Below, piece by piece: positions 6,698-9,928 of a stretch of DNA of 9,928 bases (its first letter is position 1; each line of letters begins with the position of its first letter). The position numbers were made by a program, and so were the translations under genes. The notes beneath the pieces are model-generated. The model was not told the DNA's origin. It saw nothing but the letters and a program-made list of their open reading frames with translations, and ran no database searches. Source of the stretch: a virus (taxonomy: Duplodnaviria > Heunggongvirae > Uroviricota > Caudoviricetes); the IMG/VR virus record IMGVR_UViG_2531839207_000017. One strand, 5' to 3'.

Positions 6698-8449
6698 ATG
6701 ATTCAGGACGCTTTTGTGCGCCAGCGTGCGCGGCAACTTTACTGGCAGGGTTATCCGCCCGCAGAAATATCACGTCTGATGGGAATAAACCCGAACACGA
6801 TTTATGCGTGGAAAAAACGCGACCAGTGGGATGAAACGCCACCCGTGCAGCGTGTCACGCAGTCCATCGATGCGCGCCTCATCCAGCTTACTGAAAAACA
6901 GAATAAAACAGGCGGTGACTTTAAGGAAATAGACCTGCTGACCCGGCAGCTTAAAAAACTGCATGATGGCCAGCCGGATGCGACGGCCACAGGAAAGAAA
7001 GGCCGGGCGAAAAAACTCAAAAATCATTTCACGCCGGAACAGATTGCCGCACTGCGGGAAAAAATCATCAGCAGGCTGGAGTGGCATCAGCGGGGCTGGT
7101 TTGACTCCCTGACCCTTTGCAGGGAAGCCGGGATACGTAACAGGATGATCCTGAAATCCCGACAGATTGGGGCGACCTGGTATTTTGCACAGGAAGCACT
7201 GCTGATGGCGCTGCGTGACGATGTGGCGCAACCTTACCAGCGTAACCAGATTTTTTTGTCTGCGTCGCGTCGTCAGGCGTTCCAGTTTAAAAGCATTATT
7301 CAGAAGGCCGCGGCTGAAGTTGATGTGGAGCTGAAAGGGGGCGATAAAATCATCCTCTCCAACGGCGCAGAGCTGCATTTTCTCGGCACTTCTGCTGCGT
7401 CGGCACAGTCCTATACGGGCAATTTTTATTTTGATGAATTTTTCTGGGTCAGTCGCTTTGCTGAACTGCGCAAGGTGGCTGGCGCTATGGCAACCCTCAG
7501 CGGACTGCGGCGCACCTACTTCTCCACGCCATCCACCGAAACGCACGAGGCATACGCCTACTGGAACGGCGACCGCTGGAACGAGAAAAAGGCCACGCAT
7601 AAACGCCAGCGTTTTTCTGTGGACTGGAAAACGCTGTATAACGGGCTTATCTGCCCTGACCGGACGTGGCGGCAAATTGTCACGCTGGAAGATGTGGTTA
7701 AACACGGCTGGAAACACACCGATATCGACGAAATTCGTGATGAAAACACCGAAGACGAGTTCCGCAATCTCTATATGTGTGAGTTTGTCCGCGAAGGGGA
7801 ATCGGCATTTAACCTGAATATCCTGATTGGCTGCGGTGTTGATGGATACGACGACTGGAAAGACTGGAAACCTTTTGCTCCCCGCCCGATGGGGAATCGT
7901 CCGGTATGGATTGGGTATGACGCAAACGGCAGCAGTGGAAACGGCGACAGCGGCGCTGTGTCCGTGGTGGTTCCTCCGGCTGTTCCTGGTGGCCGTTTTC
8001 GAACGGTGGAGACGCGACGCGTTCAGGGGCTGGAGTTTGAAGAACAGGCCAGAGTCATTGAAGAGTTCACGTGTCGCTACAACGTGGAACACATCGGCAT
8101 TGATGCGACGGGCGGGCACGGGGATGCCGTTTATCAGATAGTGAAACGGTTTTTCCCTGCTGCCATCCCGTACACCTTCACGCTGTCATCAAAACGGTCG
8201 CTGGTACTGAAAATGCTGCAAATAATGCGTGCCGGGCGGTGGGAATACGATCGCGCCGAACGCGAGCTGGTCGCGGCCTTTAACGCCGTGCGTAAGGTGA
8301 AAACACCGGGCGGCTTTATCACTTACGAAACGGACCGCGCGAGGGGGATCAGCCATGGCGACCTTGCGTGGGCAACCATGCTTGCTGTCATTAACGAACC
8401 GATTGGCGGCGAAGGAGAAAACGAGCGTTTCACGGTTATGGAGTTCTGA
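6698..8449 (+). CDS. P: Terminase large (ATPase) subunit P (P2 gpP-like)
   Basis: 583-aa ORF in the size class of P2 gpP, with a helix-turn-helix-like N-terminus. ATG at 6698 preceded by GGGGGAG. The stop overlaps the Q start (ATGA at 8449). Divergent from O as in P2. Confidence 0.93.
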   Translation: MIQDAFVRQRARQLYWQGYPPAEISRLMGINPNTIYAWKKRDQWDETPPVQRVTQSIDARLIQLTEKQNKTGGDFKEIDLLTRQLKKLHDGQPDATATGKKGRAKKLKNHFTPEQIAALREKIISRLEWHQRGWFDSLTLCREAGIRNRMILKSRQIGATWYFAQEALLMALRDDVAQPYQRNQIFLSASRRQAFQFKSIIQKAAAEVDVELKGGDKIILSNGAELHFLGTSAASAQSYTGNFYFDEFFWVSRFAELRKVAGAMATLSGLRRTYFSTPSTETHEAYAYWNGDRWNEKKATHKRQRFSVDWKTLYNGLICPDRTWRQIVTLEDVVKHGWKHTDIDEIRDENTEDEFRNLYMCEFVREGESAFNLNILIGCGVDGYDDWKDWKPFAPRPMGNRPVWIGYDANGSSGNGDSGAVSVVVPPAVPGGRFRTVETRRVQGLEFEEQARVIEEFTCRYNVEHIGIDATGGHGDAVYQIVKRFFPAAIPYTFTLSSKRSLVLKMLQIMRAGRWEYDRAERELVAAFNAVRKVKTPGGFITYETDRARGISHGDLAWATMLAVINEPIGGEGENERFTVMEF

Positions 8450-9495
8450 TGAGCAGAAAAAATAAAAAAGTGCGCATGAGTTCACGCATTGATCTCGCTG
8501 ATGCGCTCAGGAAAGAATCGTCGCTCAGTGCATTCACATTTGATGGTCCTTATCGCCTGACCGGGCATGACCTGCTGGATAATATGTACTGTGCTGATAA
8601 CGGGCGGTGGTACGAAACCCCGGTGGACTGGTACGGTCTGGCAAGAGCTGCCCGGCAAACGTCCTGGCATCAGTCTGCGCTTTACTTTAAGCGCAATGTA
8701 TTGCTCGGCTGCTATATTCCGCACCCGCTGCTTTCCCGGCAGGATTTCTCGGCGCTGGCGCTGGACTGGTTTGTGTTCGGTAACGCATTCCTTGAGCTTC
8801 GAAGCAATATGCTCGGCGAACCGCTTAAATTACGGCACGCCCTGGCGAAATACATGCGACGCGGAAGCGATCTTGAATCATGGTGGTATGTGCAGGATGG
8901 CAAGGACGCGTTCCAGTTTCGCCCTGGCAAAGTGTGCCACCTGATGAATCCGGATATTAACCAGGAAATCTACGGCATGCCGGAATATCTTGGCGCATTA
9001 CTCTCGGCCAGCCTTTCTCATTCGGCGGACATGTTCAGAAAACTGTACTACGACAACGGATCCCACGCCGGGTGCATCATCTACATCGGTGCAGCGCAGG
9101 TAAACCGCGAAAGCATGGACTCCCTGAAAGAAACGCTACAGGGCGCACGTGGTGGTGGTGCGTTTAAAAACGTGCTCATTCATGCGCCCAACGGGGGCAA
9201 AGAAGGTGTGCAAATTTTGCCGTTCCAGCAGATCACCGCAAAGGATGAGTTCATGAATGTTAAGGCGGCATCCCGTGATGATGTGCTGGCTGCGCACCGC
9301 GTTCCGCCGCAACTGATGGGGGCGATGCCGGGCGAAAAAAGTGCGTTTGGTGATGTGGAGAAGGCCGCGCGGGTTTACGCAATTAACGAGCTGATGCCCG
9401 TCATGGAGGCCATGAAGCACATCAATGACTGGCTTGGCGAAGAGGTGATCCGCTTTAACCCTTACGCACTGCTAGATACCCAGCCCACATCCTGA
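8449..9495 (+). CDS. Q: Portal (capsid vertex) protein Q (P2 gpQ-like)
   Basis: 348-aa ORF immediately downstream of and translationally coupled to P, matching P2 P-Q organisation and gpQ size class. GGAG 5 nt upstream of the ATG. Confidence 0.93.
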   Translation: MSRKNKKVRMSSRIDLADALRKESSLSAFTFDGPYRLTGHDLLDNMYCADNGRWYETPVDWYGLARAARQTSWHQSALYFKRNVLLGCYIPHPLLSRQDFSALALDWFVFGNAFLELRSNMLGEPLKLRHALAKYMRRGSDLESWWYVQDGKDAFQFRPGKVCHLMNPDINQEIYGMPEYLGALLSASLSHSADMFRKLYYDNGSHAGCIIYIGAAQVNRESMDSLKETLQGARGGGAFKNVLIHAPNGGKEGVQILPFQQITAKDEFMNVKAASRDDVLAAHRVPPQLMGAMPGEKSAFGDVEKAARVYAINELMPVMEAMKHINDWLGEEVIRFNPYALLDTQPTS

Positions 9496-9521
9496 CGCGC
9501 TTCGCTTGTCTGCTGCTTCGC

Positions 9522-9546
9522 CGGGGCATAAAAAATTTATGCCCCG
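9522..9546 (+). terminator. Stem-loop 27 nt downstream of the Q stop (CGGGGCATAAA aaa TTTATGCCCCG); possible P-Q operon terminator or RNA-stability element
   Basis: Perfect 11-bp inverted repeat with a 3-nt centre, read directly. There is no U-tract on either side, so it is not a canonical intrinsic terminator. Confidence 0.35.
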
Positions 9547-9803
9547 ACTCTCCAGCTCCTGTATCAATCAGATAATTTCACGACGCTTTCCTGCTTATTG
9601 CCATCATCGACAGCCAGACTCTTACGCAATCCCACCGCGTTGACTGTATGTTCTCGCCGTCTCGGTGCGATTTTGACGGCCTTACCTTTCACTCCATCAA
9701 ATCAAAAGCCCTCACGTCTTTTTCACGCTCAGCGTGAGAAATACAGCCATTCTGTTGTATCTCTGCGACATCGTTCAGGGAATGCTATTTACCCCCTGAA
9801 ACG

Positions 9804-9830
9804 CGGGCTGTTCCCCCGTCACCTGCGCGC
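9804..9830. other. Candidate cos (cohesive end) region of the P2-like genome
   Basis: The - strand reads GGTGACGGGGGAACAGCCC, which loosely resembles the P2/186 cohesive-end sequence as I recall it (GGCGAGGCGGGGAAAGCAC), sharing a GGGGAA core. It lies about 310-335 bp beyond the Q stop, similar to the cos-to-Q distance I remember for P2. Match is imperfect and from memory. Confidence 0.25.
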
Positions 9831-9928
9831 AGAAAAAACGCGTTTTTTTGTGCACGCACGGATCCTTGACGGATCCAGCCGCCATGCGGGCCGGAAGGGT
9901 AAAAAGTCGTTCAAAAAAATTGTGCAAA

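Noticed and set aside
6770-8119. 449-aa ORF on the - strand entirely inside terminase gene P
   Set aside because: Antisense shadow ORF. The + strand frame carries the clear terminase homologue with RBS and coupling to Q; the antisense translation is low-complexity and R/P-rich, typical of GC-rich alternate frames.
9136-9420. 94-aa - strand ORF inside portal gene Q
   Set aside because: Antisense shadow ORF within a strongly supported gene.
1-9928. Searched for tRNA genes, CRISPR repeats, integrase/att sites and IS terminal inverted repeats
   Set aside because: No regularly spaced direct repeats, no cloverleaf-like candidates, and no recombinase-like ORFs were seen. The window is filled by the structural and lysis module, and the integration module of a P2-like prophage lies elsewhere.

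Overview
This window is the late morphogenesis and lysis module of a P2-like (Peduovirus-type) myovirus, most likely a prophage in an enterobacterial genome. Gene order and orientation match the P2 map read in reverse. On the + strand are terminase large subunit P (6698..8449) and portal Q (8449..9495), followed by about 430 bp of non-coding, palindrome-rich sequence where the cos site is expected. On the - strand, transcribed divergently from a shared P/O control region (6544..6697), are scaffold O, major capsid N, terminase small subunit M, head completion L, tail protein X, a putative holin, an M15-peptidase endolysin, overlapped spanins (lysB/lysC-like), tail completion R and S, baseplate spike V and the first codons of W. 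All calls rest on reading the supplied translations against remembered P2 protein families and synteny; no database search was run. The most notable observation is that the major capsid gene is split across two reading frames at a 7-nt homopolymer (5510..5516). Other points worth a second look are a tiny ORF bridging holin and endolysin with start and stop overlaps, structured RNA elements between N/M and M/L, and the post-portal region, which in P2-like phages is a known hotspot for accessory and defence cargo. No tRNA, CRISPR, integrase or IS element was seen, and nothing in the window is clearly a novel multi-gene system.
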